A DNA stretch of 64,000 nucleotides from Bacteroidia bacterium (lineage in GTDB: Bacteria > Bacteroidota > Bacteroidia > J057 > JANWXU01), in contig JANWXU010000004.1 in NCBI GenBank assembly GCA_025057395.1, positions 505 to 64,504 of the forward strand, written 5' to 3'. Shown here in pieces: positions 1 to 10,452 of this stretch. Position numbers and translations under genes: made by a program. The notes beneath the pieces were generated by a model. The model was given only the letters and a program-made list of their open reading frames with translations, made no database searches and had not been told where the DNA came from. Numbering within the stretch: position 1 is the first letter of the stretch; the number at the start of each line of letters is the position of its first letter.

Positions 1-3000
1 CCAGCTGACTAGGCGCAGAACAAGTCTCCCTAGCACAATTATTAGCTTGTACGAAAATGGGTAAATTTTTGGAAGCTACACAATGAGCATCTGCAATTCG
101 TGTAATTGTAAAAGTTCCCTGTCTTGGTGAAGATAAACGCCAAACAGTATGCAAAGAAAAAGAACTATTATAATCTCCAAGTGTAGTTTGAAGTGGAGTA
201 CCATTTTCCCAAAAGCCCTCTAGTTGCCAAGGTCCTCTACCAATAAGGGTGAGTGGCAAGTCTATATAAGTAGCGCCTGTGCAATAATTTAGACTTGCAG
301 TGGAAGGTATAGCATCGGGCAAAGAGATTACGTTCACGCTAAGACTACTTACTTGCGAAGTGCACCCCTCTACGATGCTCATAGCGTGATAAGTACCACT
401 TGCTAAAGTAGAGACGTTAGAAATATTAACAAAATGCTGCGTAGAAGAAAAACCATTGGGCCCACTCCATAAAATAGTTGCATTTCCTGGTAGAGCAGTG
501 GCACTAAGACTTAGCGTTTGATTTTGACATATAGGAGCGTTACTACTTAATTGGGGAATCGGAGGTTGCCGTTTCACTTCTATACGAATCATATGAGTCT
601 CTGCAGGACAATTAGCAGCCTGTAAAGTGAGAGTATATATACCTGCATAAGTAAGTTGCATAGCCGGACGTACAGCTTGCGCAGCAACGCTTTCAAATCC
701 TTGAGGACCATGCCATAGGTAATTTGCACCCTCTACATACGGCGCAGAAAGAGTAAGCACATCCCCCTCACAAATAGGAGAATTACTTTGTAGTGGCATA
801 GTACCTGGCAGAAAGCCTGCGAAGGTTATAGGTAATGCAGCTATTTCCCATCGACAAGAACTACGTGTAGCTGTTAGCGTATAAGTTCCTATGTGTTGAG
901 TAGTAACAGGATTAATGACTCCATTAGCGGAAGCAAGATAAAAATTATTAGGCCCTTTCCACTCGTATTGGTATTCACCAGGACCTTGTACATTTAATTC
1001 AAGTGCACTATCCCTGCAAAGCGGCGCATTACTTTGCACTTTTACCCCCTGCGGCGCTTGAATTACCGAAATAAAAATATTCCTTTGTACCGTACAATTC
1101 CCCTTACGTGCTGTAAATCGATAGAGTCCAGTATGGGGGGGCTGTGCATTTTCAATTTCAGCATATAAATTGGAGGTAATAAAACCTAAGGGACCTCGCC
1201 ATTCATAAGTAGCACCCTCCCATGAGGGAGTAGCAGAAAGTAAAATTTGCTCCCCAGCACATACAGCAGGAAGAGATTGAATTTGAATAGGAGGTACCGC
1301 TTCAATAAAAATTGCCTGCGTAGCCGGCTGTGAAGTGCAAGGTCCAGAAATTACCACTAAGGAATAGATACCCGATCTTTGTGTAGAAACATTAGAAATA
1401 GAAGGATTTAAAAGGGTAGAAGTGAAGCCCTGCGGACCCTGCCAAAGATAAGTAGCGCCTTCTATTGCAATGGTGCTAAATTGCAAAGTTTGACCCTGGC
1501 ACAAAGGAGTGTTACTCCATATTCTGGGCAAAGAAGGGGGAACAGGAAAAATACTAATACTCTGAGTAGCAACAGATGAACAATTGCCTAAAGAAACGGT
1601 AAGAGTATATATTCCACTTGCTAGTGTAGAAACGTTAGCAATACTAGGAGCAAGAAGTGTAGATTCGAATTCATTAGGTCCACTCCAGCGATAACTAGCA
1701 CCCCCTATCACTTGCGTACTAAGTTGCAGGATATTTCCTGCACAAAGCGGCGCATTGCTTTGAATAGCAATAGGACCCGGTGCCGGAAGTACCCTTACCT
1801 CTATAGGGAGAGGCTGCGAAGTACAACCTTGAGTAATTGCCACCACATTATAAATACCCGCCTGTGAGCTTAAAATAGAAGCCAAATGAATCGAAGAACC
1901 ACTTGCCCTAAAGTTTTGGGGGCCTTGCCAATAGTAGCTTACCCCTTCTAGTTCAGCCAAGCGAATTTGCAAAGTATTTCCTGCACATAGAGGAGCATTA
2001 TTTTCAATTAGTTGAGGTAAGGGTACAGCCCTAATCATCACCTGGGCATATGTAACTGCCGAAGTACAGTTTCGAGAAATAGCTCTAGCAAAATATATAC
2101 CACTATGTTCAGGCAGGGCATTTTGTCGAGTTAAAATATTTCCATGGGTAGTAAAGTCTTGGGGTCCATTCCAAAGAATAGTATGTTGTACATCCGCAAT
2201 AGCTCGAATTTGCAGCGTTTGCCCCTGACAAATATTTATGTTTGCAGGGGTTAAAACAGGAGGCGAAGGAGTAGGCAACACTTCTACTTCTATTGTTGCT
2301 TCAGGACTATAGCAGGAGCCATTTTTGATTTTTAGACGATAGGTGCCGCTTTGCATAGGGCTACCTGTTAAAATTTGAGGGCTAGCTAAGGAGCTAGTAA
2401 AAAAGCCTGGTCCACTCCATTCATATTCTTGTCCCTCCTCAACATTTAAAGCAGTAAGCAGGAGCAACTGACCTGTACAAATAGGAGAATTGCTTTGTAA
2501 TTTAGGCATAGAAGGCGATTGCAATACACGCAGGTGGAATTGTGTAGCTATAGTGGTACATTTTCCTTGTATAATTTGCAAGGTATAGATGCCGCTATGA
2601 AAGGTTTGCAAGTTAGCCAGCGAAGGACTGGCCATAGTAGAACTAAAATTAGCAGGACCACTCCAGTAATATTGTAAACCCGAAGGTAGACTAGGCACTT
2701 GCAAAACTGCATTTTCTCCGCTACACTTCTGGAGCTCTAGCTGCGAAGGAATATTATACTGGGGTTGCTGTAGTTGTACATGGGTAGTAGCTATCATCGA
2801 GGTACAGCCATTAAGAATAGCTACAGCGGAATAGAGTCCGGCTTGGTTAGGACTTGTAATGAATCGTTGGAAAGAAGCACCTGTGGTAGTAAACCCATCA
2901 GGACCCTGCCAAAAATACTGGCTATTTCTAGGAGCACCACTCGCACTCAAAATAACCATTTGCCCTATACACTTAGGACTATCGTTTTGTAAAGTAGGAG

Positions 3001-6000
3001 CCTCGGGAGTAGGGCGAATTTCCACGGCAGCTGTTCCAGCCAAAGAAGTACAACCTTCCAATACCAAACGAACACTATAAACGCCACTCTGCTGAGTAGA
3101 AGTAGGAATTAAAATATAACTAGAGCCCGCAACAGCATGAAAACCCATAGGACCTTGCCAAATGTAAGTGGGCACAATGGTGTTACTGCTAGCTTCTAGG
3201 CGCAATTCTTGCCCTGTACAAACCCACGTTGGGGCTCTTAAAATAGGCTGAGTAGGCGTAGGCTTTACGCGCAATTGATAAGTATTACTCACGCGGCAGG
3301 TACCAATAGTAGAAGTAATGGTATAAATACCGCTATGCTGCAGGCCTACTGAAGTAATGCTGATACTACCTGTGCTAGAAACAGCACGAAAATCTGCTGG
3401 TCCCGTAACTGTATGTTGTGCAATACCGCCAGGTGTAATAGTTAGCTGAAAAGTTTGCCCTTGGCAAACAGGGGAATTTCCTTCTACTGTTACTGAGGGA
3501 GCTGAAGTTACCACCACTTCAGTAGTTCCATAGCCGGAAGTACAACCGTTAGCAATAACGGCAGCAGAGTAAATTCCAATTTGACTTAGAGAAATATTTT
3601 CTAAAGTAATATAGCTACCTGTGGCTGTAAAATTATTAGGTCCTTGCCAATAGTAAGAAACTCCCGGCGTAACAGGATTTATCCATAGGCGAACACTGCC
3701 CCCCTGACATTGTGGGCTGCTATTATAAGCACTAGGCCTAGCAGGTAAAGGAATGATGCTAACTCTGGTGCTTGTAGCTGCTGTAGAGCAATTGCCCAGT
3801 ACTGCAACAACGTTGTAGGTACCTGCAGCAGCAGGGTTCACATTAGCTCGAATAAATTGTGTTTGTGAGCCTTGAGCTAAATAGCCATTAGGACCCTGAA
3901 TGTAAAAAGTGGCTCCGGCAGAACTATTTACTGTAAGAATTAATGCTTCATTTTCGCAAACTGGAGAGTTCGTTTGCAAAGTGGGTGAAAGAGGAGTAGG
4001 GTAAATGGTAAATGAGGCTGTCTGAACTTGTGAGGAACATCCTTGAGTACTAATAGCCACTACCGAATAAGTACCTGCAAAATCTAGTTGACTTTCTCGA
4101 ATAAGAGGATTTATAGTAGTAGTGAACCCATGGGGACCCTGCCAATAAAAATAGGCAGCACCCGGTGTAGGAAGAGCTTCTAAAAACATTCTTCCTTGCC
4201 CTTGGCAAAGTGGGCTATTTGTATAAATAGTAGGGAGAGCAGGCATGGGATGAACAGTAAGATTATATGTTCTTATAGCTGAAGTACACCCTTGGCTAGC
4301 TGCTCTTACTGCATAGGTGCCAGAAAATACAGGAAGCGCCGCTATTACTTCTAAAGCAGGCCCTGTAGTAGAAGGAATAAGCGGATGGGGTACTTGCCAA
4401 AGATAGTGAACGTCGGAGGGTTGTAACGAGTGATTTTTTATTTTCAGCGAGAAACTCTCATTTTCACAAATTTTGCTAATTGGCTGCTGGTTAAGATCAA
4501 CCAACTCTAATGTAGGAGGCTGTATAAAGCGTATATCAATATTGTCTGTTGCAGTCCTTGGGGAGCTACAGCCCTGCATAATAGCGGTTACAGTGTATAT
4601 TCCCCCCCATTCAATGCGCATGTTAGCGCGATTAAGTATAGGTGAATATGAACTAAGCTGAAAACCCTGTGGGCCTTGCCAATGGTAAAGAGTATTAGGA
4701 GTAGGGTTAGTAACTGCAATCTCTAAATTGTCACCTGCACAAACAAAAGAGGGAAAACTTAGCGTAGGTCTAGGAGGATCAATAACTTCCAATGTGGCAG
4801 TAGCAGTTGCAGGAGGACAACCAGGAACTTTTACTTCAAGAGTATATATGCCGCTTTGCAAACTACTTACATTTGTTATTATAGCACGCGTACCATTTAC
4901 ATTAAAACCATTGAGACCTATCCAAGTATAAGTGGCAAATGGATGAATATTCTGAGCTTTTAGTTCTACGTCTCTGCCTTGGCAAATAGGCATTAATGGC
5001 TGAATGCTGGCTGTGGGCGGCACATGGATAATAGCATTAATTTGTGTAGGCTCAGAAAGGCAGCCCGCATACCATGTTTGAATGGAATAAATTCCCGCAT
5101 CTTGACTTGTCACGCTATTACGAACAAAAACTTGTTGCTCCCCCTGCACTCGGTACTGATTAGGTCCTGTAATTTTATAAACTCCAGGAGAATTAATAAA
5201 GATACTAAGGTTTTGCCCTTCACAAACGGGAGAAGATAAACTAGCTACCGGAGGAGGCGGAATGCTATCGCTAATAGCTACTGAAATTTCTCCAACGGCA
5301 GAGGTACAGCCACTAAAAGTATACAAAAGAGAATAGGTACCCGCATTGCTCAAAGTTACATTGTTAAGTACTAAGCTAGGAATGTTTGTAGTAGCGCTAA
5401 AGTTGCTAGGTCCGTTCCAGTGGTATATAGGGTTATTAACATTAGGGGGGGCACTTAGCTGTAAGGTTGTGCCTACACAAATAGGGGCATTACTACTTAT
5501 AATAGGAGGAGGAAGAATATCGGTAATAATAACATGAGTCGTACCCACTTGAGAAGTACAGCCATTCACTACCACTTGCAAGGAGTATAAACCCGAATCT
5601 TGAAAAGTTAAATTCGTTCTTACTAGGCTCAAATTATGAGTAGTAGCAGCAAAGTTATTAGGTCCTTTCCAAAGATAGGTAGCATTAGGGAATGAGGGAG
5701 CTGTTAGTAATAAAGCAGGAGTAGTACAAATGGGAGAATTGCTAGTAGGAGTAGGCTGCGGGGGAATAGGATAAACTACTACCGAAGTAGTTGCCCACTG
5801 CTGAGAAGTACACCCATTAGCAACGAGGGCTACTGAATAGATTCCTGCTTGTTGTGTTTGAACAGCAGGTCGAATAAAGCTGGTGTCATTTGCATTTAGC
5901 AGCGTAGAAAAACCATCTGGACCCTTCCAGTAATACTGAGCTCCGGGAAAAGGAGCAGCACTTGCTATGAACTGAACATTCGAACCTGCGCAAACAGGAC

Positions 6001-6530
6001 TAGTATTGCTTACTTGCATAGGCATAGGTGGACGAGGCAAAACACTTATTTTTCTTTGACCCGTTAAAGAAGTACAGCCTGCTATAAAGGTAGTTAGGGA
6101 ATAGAAACCACTATCTTGCAAACTAACATTTGCCAAAAAAATATGATTTTGAGTAGTAGTACGGCTAAAATTATTAGGTCCCTTCCATGAGAAATTAACT
6201 CCAGGAGGCATAGACGCTATTAATTTAAGAGTATCTCCTTGACAAACTGGGGTATTCGCCTGAAAAGCAGGTATCATATTATTAGCAACAATACTTACAG
6301 ATACAGATTTAGCAGTAGTACATCCATTTTGCCAAGCTAAAACTGTATAGGTGCCCGAATCATGAAGCATCACATTAGGTTTAATAAGAGTATTCCCTGA
6401 AAAGTAAGCAGGGGGAGTCCCAGCTTTTTGCCATTGATACGTAGCATTTTGCACACCACTAGCTGTAAGCATAAGAGTACTTCCTTGGCAAATAGCTGTT
6501 TTTCCGCTAATACTAGGTATTTGTCCCTGA
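1..6530 (-). repeat. Tandem array of at least 25 Ig-like modules (the type associated with CHU_C/gliding C-terminal domains), 81-86 aa each
   Basis: Recurrent module: N-S-P-x-C-x-G-x-x-L-x-L, then Y-x-W-x-G-P-x-x-F, then G-x-Y-x(5-7)-G-C-x-S. The W-x-G-P codons (plus-strand ggNccNNNcca) recur about every 243-258 bp near 706, 950, 1190, 1433, 1677, 1920, 2163, 2410, 2655, 2902, 3150, 3642, 4135, 4672, 5410, 5660, 5920 and 6178. Copies are diverged at the DNA level. Confidence 0.8.
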
Positions 6531-9500
6531 CCCTGCACATTTACAGCTACAGGTATAAAAAGAGAGGGACAGCCTATTTGGGGATGAATTTGAACATAAA
6601 AGGTAGTAGAATGTTGTACAGGGGGAATGGCTAACTTGGCAGGGGAGTGTATGGGAGCGATAAGAGCTCCTAAGGGAGTAGTAGATTGTGCAGATGCATA
6701 CAATTGAATCTGGCTTATTGTAGAAGCTGTGTTGAAGGGGACCACTATTGAATCAATTCCGTTTTGACAAACAGTAAGCGGGGCAATACTAGGAGACCCA
6801 TAAGGAGGAATTACAGTAATTGTTTGGCTCGTAGTTACATTGCAACCGTTATAACTCATGGTAAGGGAGATAGTTTTGGTACCACTACTTTGCCAACCTA
6901 CTGCATGCGGCCCAATATTAGGGGCAGGGGGTACTATGCAATTATCACAGTTCCAGCTATATTGAGCACCGGCAGGTCCTTCCAAAGCTTGAATAAGAGT
7001 AGTGTTGCCTGCGCAAATTTCACTAGTTCCTATACCAAATATAGGCTCTGGGGCTTGTTTTACTGTAAAAGCCATTGAATGAGTGCTAATACATCCTTCA
7101 TAATCAGCACTTACACTCAGTATACGAGTACCTGCTGTAAGCCAACTTATTTCAAAAGGCCCTACAGTAGAATTAGGAGGTGGAAAGCACCCTTGACATT
7201 CCCAAGTAAATATACTATTAGCAGGAGCCCCTGAAACTGAAAGTGTGACCCATTCCTTATTACAAGGATTAGAATTCGAAAGTGAGAGACTTAGCGCAGG
7301 AGGCAAGTTCACGGTAACTTGAAAAGAGGCTTGGCTAATACATCCATTTTGATTAGCCTGCACATTAATAGTTTTTACTCCTACTGTGCTCCAACTAATA
7401 GTATGGGGCCCAGATCCTAGCAAATTACTAGGAGTACAGTTGTTACATTCCCAAGCATAGATAATAGAAGGACCTAAATTATTAACACTAACAAGAACAG
7501 GTTGGCTGGTGCAAGCTTTGTGAGGTGCTTGGATAGCAAGAGCAGGGGGCAAGCTAATGGTAATACTAGTTTGAACTTTAGTTTTACAGCCATTAGGAGG
7601 TTGTAAAGTAAGGCGAATTGTTTTTTCTCCTACTGTATTCCAAGTGGTAACGTGTTCTCCTGGTGTAGGAAGTAAGGAAGGGGAGCAACCATCACATTGC
7701 CAAGTATAGGTAGCATTAGCAATAGCTGGAAAGGCGACGATACTTACTGGCTGTCCTAAACACGCTGTCGAGGGAGCATGAATGCTGATATCTAAAGGAG
7801 GCAATACTGAGAAACTTTGGGCAGAAGCAGCACCCACTATATTAGGAGAAGTACTTACAATCCGAATTTTATAGTTACTACCAGCAGCTAAATTTTCAGG
7901 AAGAGTAATAGGAATACTACCATTACTTTGGGTACTGCCAAGGGTTCCTATTACCTGCGGAGTAGTAAAGTTTCCATCAGGGTCCGAAAGCTCAGCTCGA
8001 AAAATATTACCTTCCAAAAATGTGGTATTGGAAGAATATGGCAAAGCTAGGACATCGCCCCCACAAGCTTGTGTAAAATTTACTTGCGCTATAAGAATAT
8101 TGGGGCGAGTAATTTCTAAGCATATGTTATCAATATATAAATTAGGAGCCGTATTCCCCTGCGCAATAGCCCTAAGGGTAAGATAAACTATTTGTCCAAG
8201 ATAAGGGGCTAAGTCTATAGTTTCTGTACGCCAATCATTACAACTGGTAGGCATCCAAAGATTTGCACCTGGAGGATCGGACACAGTACTAAGAACAGCA
8301 CCTGTTTTATCATAAATAGCACTCAAGTTTTGCCCACAGTTATTAGTGGCAAGCACTTGTAGCCGCATATTATTAGTGCCTACTCCACGGCGGTAGGCAA
8401 TATCAAACTTAAGTTTTGCTTGGGTAGCATTTGTTAGGTCTATAGCAGGAAGAATAATATCATCATAAGGTTCTTCATTATTAAGTAATTTACCAAAACT
8501 ATCTAAATATAGAATTTGAAAGTGGCAAGCAAAGCTATCGGTACCCGCAAGTTGCCATCTAAAATCTTCTAGGTTCGGGTTGGTATATGGATGACTATAG
8601 ATACCTAAATCATCTTCAGGCGAGGCATTATTTTGAAAATTTTCACAAAAATGCGTAGTTGGATTATTTATGCTAAAAAAAACCACCCAAATTTTGTTGT
8701 TAGTAATTTCTTCATCTATGCCTGTACCCGGAGATATAACTTCAAATTCAATAGAATGCATGCCGCTCCGCAAATTGGAAATAGGAGGAAAATTAATAAC
8801 AGTACTTTCTAGTGGGTTCAATGGAGGTTCCCATGTAGTTGAATAGACTAAATCATTATCAATAGTAGCTTGTATTTGTACATTATTCAAAGTAGTAGTG
8901 CCTAAGTTTGTAAGTTTAACAGCGGGCGTTATTGTTGCTTGGCAGAAATTATTTTCTTGGGGACTTATGATTTCAGTGAGAGCAGCATCTATAGCTGATC
9001 GCGGCTTACAAGCCAGCGAATGAAGCAAGCTATTGCGGATATTAGCTATTGTATAGTGCATGCGTAATTTTTGCCCTTCTGAAAAACGATGTTGGCAAAG
9101 AAGATTATTGTAGTCCATAAAATTATGGTGATCATCGGGCACATCGGTAGTAAATGGATTAGAGGTACTGGGGTCGTTAGCATCGGTAGAGCAGCTATTT
9201 TGCAAATCGTTGCAATTGGCTACGGATAAAATAGTGCTATCTGGCGGTGTATCGCACACTCTATCTCCATTAGCAAGGCAATCATTATTTTGGCAAACAT
9301 TAGGCATACCCCTACCCTCAAAGGTATGAAATAGGTTTAAATAGTTACCCATTTCTCTTACCAGAACGTTGGTTACGGCCTCATCAGGAAGAGCACTAAA
9401 ACTCTTGCCAAAATAGCGGTATTCTATTACAATACCGTCTTTAGCAGATCCGTGGCTTATGGCGCGTGTAGCATACCCTGCTATGGAGCAACCCAGCTCC

Positions 9501-10069
9501 CCCGTGCTACAAATTTCCTTTACAACCCAAATATTAATATATTTCAAAGGATTCCAACGACTTAAGTTTTTTAGCGCGATATCTTGGTTTTCCATGTTTA
9601 AGGTGGTAAGATTGCTCACCACGCGATTAATACCACTAGTAGGAAAGCCCTGGGGGTCACGCACAGCTAGACAAAATTCAATTTCAGTATCATTTCCTAA
9701 GCCTTGGTTATACCACCCTTGGTTGCGAAAAGCCTGATTTAGCAATTTAATGGCATTATGTACTTGGGCATCCGGAATATTTTCAGGGCCATTATTATGA
9801 ATAATATGTACTACTACTGGTAATGTGTAAGTAGCATTAGTTTTAGGAATTAGCAAATTTTTAGAGCGCCGCACCTGCCAGTGGCTACGCATAAAGTTGT
9901 AAATTTGATTTTCTAATTGTTGAAATTTTTCTGCTTGGACAGGACTTGCTAGCAATTTTCTAAAATAGGAATCTGTTCCAGAGTAGGGAATAGAATAATT
10001 TTGCCCGCTCACTTCACTACCCCCTAATAAGAAAAGAGCCATACATAATAGGAAGTATAGTAACCACAT
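1..10069 (-). CDS. Giant secreted surface repeat protein, N-terminal 3355+ aa (C-terminus lies beyond the window start). Order: signal peptide, M43/pappalysin-like domain with a degenerate zinc motif, CARDB/MAM-like region, Cys-containing PKD-like modules, long Ig-like module array
   Basis: ATG at 10069 (plus-strand cat 10067-10069). No minus-strand ORF is listed in 1-10069, which fits a single frame that runs off the window without a stop. My translation starts MWLLYFLLCMALFLLGGSEVSGQ (signal peptide). It contains LVREMGNYLNLFHTFEG...NGDRVCDTPPD and ends at the window edge with ...IFVQANNCARETCSAPSQL. Confidence 0.85.
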   Translation of the reverse strand, partial: MWLLYFLLCMALFLLGGSEVSGQNYSIPYSGTDSYFRKLLASPVQAEKFQQLENQIYNFMRSHWQVRRSKNLLIPKTNATYTLPVVVHIIHNNGPENIPDAQVHNAIKLLNQAFRNQGWYNQGLGNDTEIEFCLAVRDPQGFPTSGINRVVSNLTTLNMENQDIALKNLSRWNPLKYINIWVVKEICSTGELGCSIAGYATRAISHGSAKDGIVIEYRYFGKSFSALPDEAVTNVLVREMGNYLNLFHTFEGRGMPNVCQNNDCLANGDRVCDTPPDSTILSVANCNDLQNSCSTDANDPSTSNPFTTDVPDDHHNFMDYNNLLCQHRFSEGQKLRMHYTIANIRNSLLHSLACKPRSAIDAALTEIISPQENNFCQATITPAVKLTNLGTTTLNNVQIQATIDNDLVYSTTWEPPLNPLESTVINFPPISNLRSGMHSIEFEVISPGTGIDEEITNNKIWVVFFSINNPTTHFCENFQNNASPEDDLGIYSHPYTNPNLEDFRWQLAGTDSFACHFQILYLDSFGKLLNNEEPYDDIILPAIDLTNATQAKLKFDIAYRRGVGTNNMRLQVLATNNCGQNLSAIYDKTGAVLSTVSDPPGANLWMPTSCNDWRTETIDLAPYLGQIVYLTLRAIAQGNTAPNLYIDNICLEITRPNILIAQVNFTQACGGDVLALPYSSNTTFLEGNIFRAELSDPDGNFTTPQVIGTLGSTQSNGSIPITLPENLAAGSNYKIRIVSTSPNIVGAASAQSFSVLPPLDISIHAPSTACLGQPVSIVAFPAIANATYTWQCDGCSPSLLPTPGEHVTTWNTVGEKTIRLTLQPPNGCKTKVQTSITISLPPALAIQAPHKACTSQPVLVSVNNLGPSIIYAWECNNCTPSNLLGSGPHTISWSTVGVKTINVQANQNGCISQASFQVTVNLPPALSLSLSNSNPCNKEWVTLSVSGAPANSIFTWECQGCFPPPNSTVGPFEISWLTAGTRILSVSADYEGCISTHSMAFTVKQAPEPIFGIGTSEICAGNTTLIQALEGPAGAQYSWNCDNCIVPPAPNIGPHAVGWQSSGTKTISLTMSYNGCNVTTSQTITVIPPYGSPSIAPLTVCQNGIDSIVVPFNTASTISQIQLYASAQSTTPLGALIAPIHSPAKLAIPPVQHSTTFYVQIHPQIGCPSLFIPVAVNVQGQGQIPSISGKTAICQGSTLMLTASGVQNATYQWQKAGTPPAYFSGNTLIKPNVMLHDSGTYTVLAWQNGCTTAKSVSVSIVANNMIPAFQANTPVCQGDTLKLIASMPPGVNFSWKGPNNFSRTTTQNHIFLANVSLQDSGFYSLTTFIAGCTSLTGQRKISVLPRPPMPMQVSNTSPVCAGSNVQFIASAAPFPGAQYYWKGPDGFSTLLNANDTSFIRPAVQTQQAGIYSVALVANGCTSQQWATTSVVVYPIPPQPTPTSNSPICTTPALLLTAPSFPNATYLWKGPNNFAATTHNLSLVRTNLTFQDSGLYSLQVVVNGCTSQVGTTHVIITDILPPPIISSNAPICVGTTLQLSAPPNVNNPIYHWNGPSNFSATTNIPSLVLNNVTLSNAGTYSLLYTFSGCTSAVGEISVAISDSIPPPPVASLSSPVCEGQNLSIFINSPGVYKITGPNQYRVQGEQQVFVRNSVTSQDAGIYSIQTWYAGCLSEPTQINAIIHVPPTASIQPLMPICQGRDVELKAQNIHPFATYTWIGLNGFNVNGTRAIITNVSSLQSGIYTLEVKVPGCPPATATATLEVIDPPRPTLSFPSFVCAGDNLEIAVTNPTPNTLYHWQGPQGFQLSSYSPILNRANMRIEWGGIYTVTAIMQGCSSPRTATDNIDIRFIQPPTLELVDLNQQPISKICENESFSLKIKNHSLQPSDVHYLWQVPHPLIPSTTGPALEVIAALPVFSGTYAVRAASQGCTSAIRTYNLTVHPMPALPTIYTNSPLCQGQGRMFLEALPTPGAAYFYWQGPHGFTTTINPLIRESQLDFAGTYSVVAISTQGCSSQVQTASFTIYPTPLSPTLQTNSPVCENEALILTVNSSAGATFYIQGPNGYLAQGSQTQFIRANVNPAAAGTYNVVAVLGNCSTAATSTRVSIIPLPARPSAYNSSPQCQGGSVRLWINPVTPGVSYYWQGPNNFTATGSYITLENISLSQIGIYSAAVIANGCTSGYGTTEVVVTSAPSVTVEGNSPVCQGQTFQLTITPGGIAQHTVTGPADFRAVSSTGSISITSVGLQHSGIYTITSTIGTCRVSNTYQLRVKPTPTQPILRAPTWVCTGQELRLEASSNTIVPTYIWQGPMGFHAVAGSSYILIPTSTQQSGVYSVRLVLEGCTSLAGTAAVEIRPTPEAPTLQNDSPKCIGQMVILSASGAPRNSQYFWQGPDGFTTTGASFQRFITSPNQAGLYSAVAILNGCTSMIATTHVQLQQPQYNIPSQLELQKCSGENAVLQVPSLPSGLQYYWSGPANFSSTMASPSLANLQTFHSGIYTLQIIQGKCTTIATQFHLRVLQSPSMPKLQSNSPICTGQLLLLTALNVEEGQEYEWSGPGFFTSSLASPQILTGSPMQSGTYRLKIKNGSCYSPEATIEVEVLPTPSPPVLTPANINICQGQTLQIRAIADVQHTILWNGPQDFTTHGNILTRQNALPEHSGIYFARAISRNCTSAVTYAQVMIRAVPLPQLIENNAPLCAGNTLQIRLAELEGVSYYWQGPQNFRASGSSIHLASILSSQAGIYNVVAITQGCTSQPLPIEVRVLPAPGPIAIQSNAPLCAGNILQLSTQVIGGASYRWSGPNEFESTLLAPSIANVSTLASGIYTLTVSLGNCSSVATQSISIFPVPPSLPRIWSNTPLCQGQTLQFSTIAIEGATYLWQGPQGFTSTLLNPSISNVSTQRSGIYSLVVISGPCTSQPATQAIFIEAVPPIQIQSLPAVCAGEQILLSATPSWEGATYEWRGPLGFITSNLYAEIENAQPPHTGLYRFTARKGNCTVQRNIFISVIQAPQGVKVQSNAPLCRDSALELNVQGPGEYQYEWKGPNNFYLASANGVINPVTTQHIGTYTLTATRSSCRWEIAALPITFAGFLPGTMPLQSNSPICEGDVLTLSAPYVEGANYLWHGPQGFESVAAQAVRPAMQLTYAGIYTLTLQAANCPAETHMIRIEVKRQPPIPQLSSNAPICQNQTLSLSATALPGNATILWSGPNGFSSTQHFVNISNVSTLASGTYHAMSIVEGCTSQVSSLSVNVISLPDAIPSTASLNYCTGATYIDLPLTLIGRGPWQLEGFWENGTPLQTTLGDYNSSFSLHTVWRLSSPRQGTFTITRIADAHCVASKNLPIFVQANNCARETCSAPSQL
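6810..7800 (-). repeat. Four tandem PKD-like modules of about 82 aa, each with a W-x-C-x-x-C motif
   Basis: Translated modules contain TWQCDGCSP, AWECNNCTP, TWECQGCFP and SWNCDNCIV. Each is followed by GPH/GEH-x-x-x-W-x-x-x-G-x-K/R-T-I and G-C. Period is about 248 bp. Confidence 0.6.
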
Positions 10070-10121
10070 ATCTTTTCAATATTTGAACTTAAAATTTTTT
10101 CAACGCTTATCTACTTAAAAA

Positions 10122-10129
10122 CAAAGATA
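10122..10129 (-). promoter_or_regulatory. Candidate Bacteroidota sigma-A -7 box (TAtcTTTG) for the giant gene
   Basis: Plus-strand caaagata is minus-strand TATCTTTG, matching TAnnTTTG 53-60 nt upstream of the ATG at 10069. I saw no clear -33 TTTG. Confidence 0.3.
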
Positions 10130-10452
10130 CTAGTTGAAGGGTGGAAAATTTAATAAATAATTATGTTAAAGTAAATTTTTTTGGAAGAAATTGCTTGTTC
10201 TTTAGCAAAAGCTAAAGAATCTAAAGAATTGAACTACACTTATAGAGTAAGCGTGTACGTCAATTCCTGTTTTAGTTAGCTAGCGCACTAACTTAGAAGC
10301 CACAGGTTAAGGAGATGCAATAGAAGTACTCTATGTGAGCATTGATAAATTACTACTAACCGAGAAAAAAGTGCTTCAATTTTTGATCTATGAGAGATTT
10401 TATTTAATTATTAATTATAAGAGATTTTATTGTTGCCATAAGTTTTTTGGGC

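Noticed and set aside
1-7800. Regular repeats of about 250 bp, considered as a possible CRISPR-like or satellite array
   Set aside because: The period is far too long and there is no repeat/spacer alternation. The units are in-frame protein modules with conserved Cys/Trp/Gly scaffold positions.
2774-9737. Eleven plus-strand ORFs of 62-104 aa listed in the track between 2774 and 9737
   Set aside because: All lie antisense to the continuous minus-strand giant gene. Their translations are low-complexity or hydrophobic with no motifs. They are shadow ORFs in a long stop-free region.
10393-10431. 12-bp direct repeat AGAGATTTTATT (10393-10404 and 10420-10431) just past the 3' end of the Rpn gene, considered as a mobile-element end or target-site duplication
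   Set aside because: It is short and AT-rich in an AT-rich spacer. I found no matching inverted or direct repeat on the other side of the gene (11380-11635), so there is no evidence of an element boundary.
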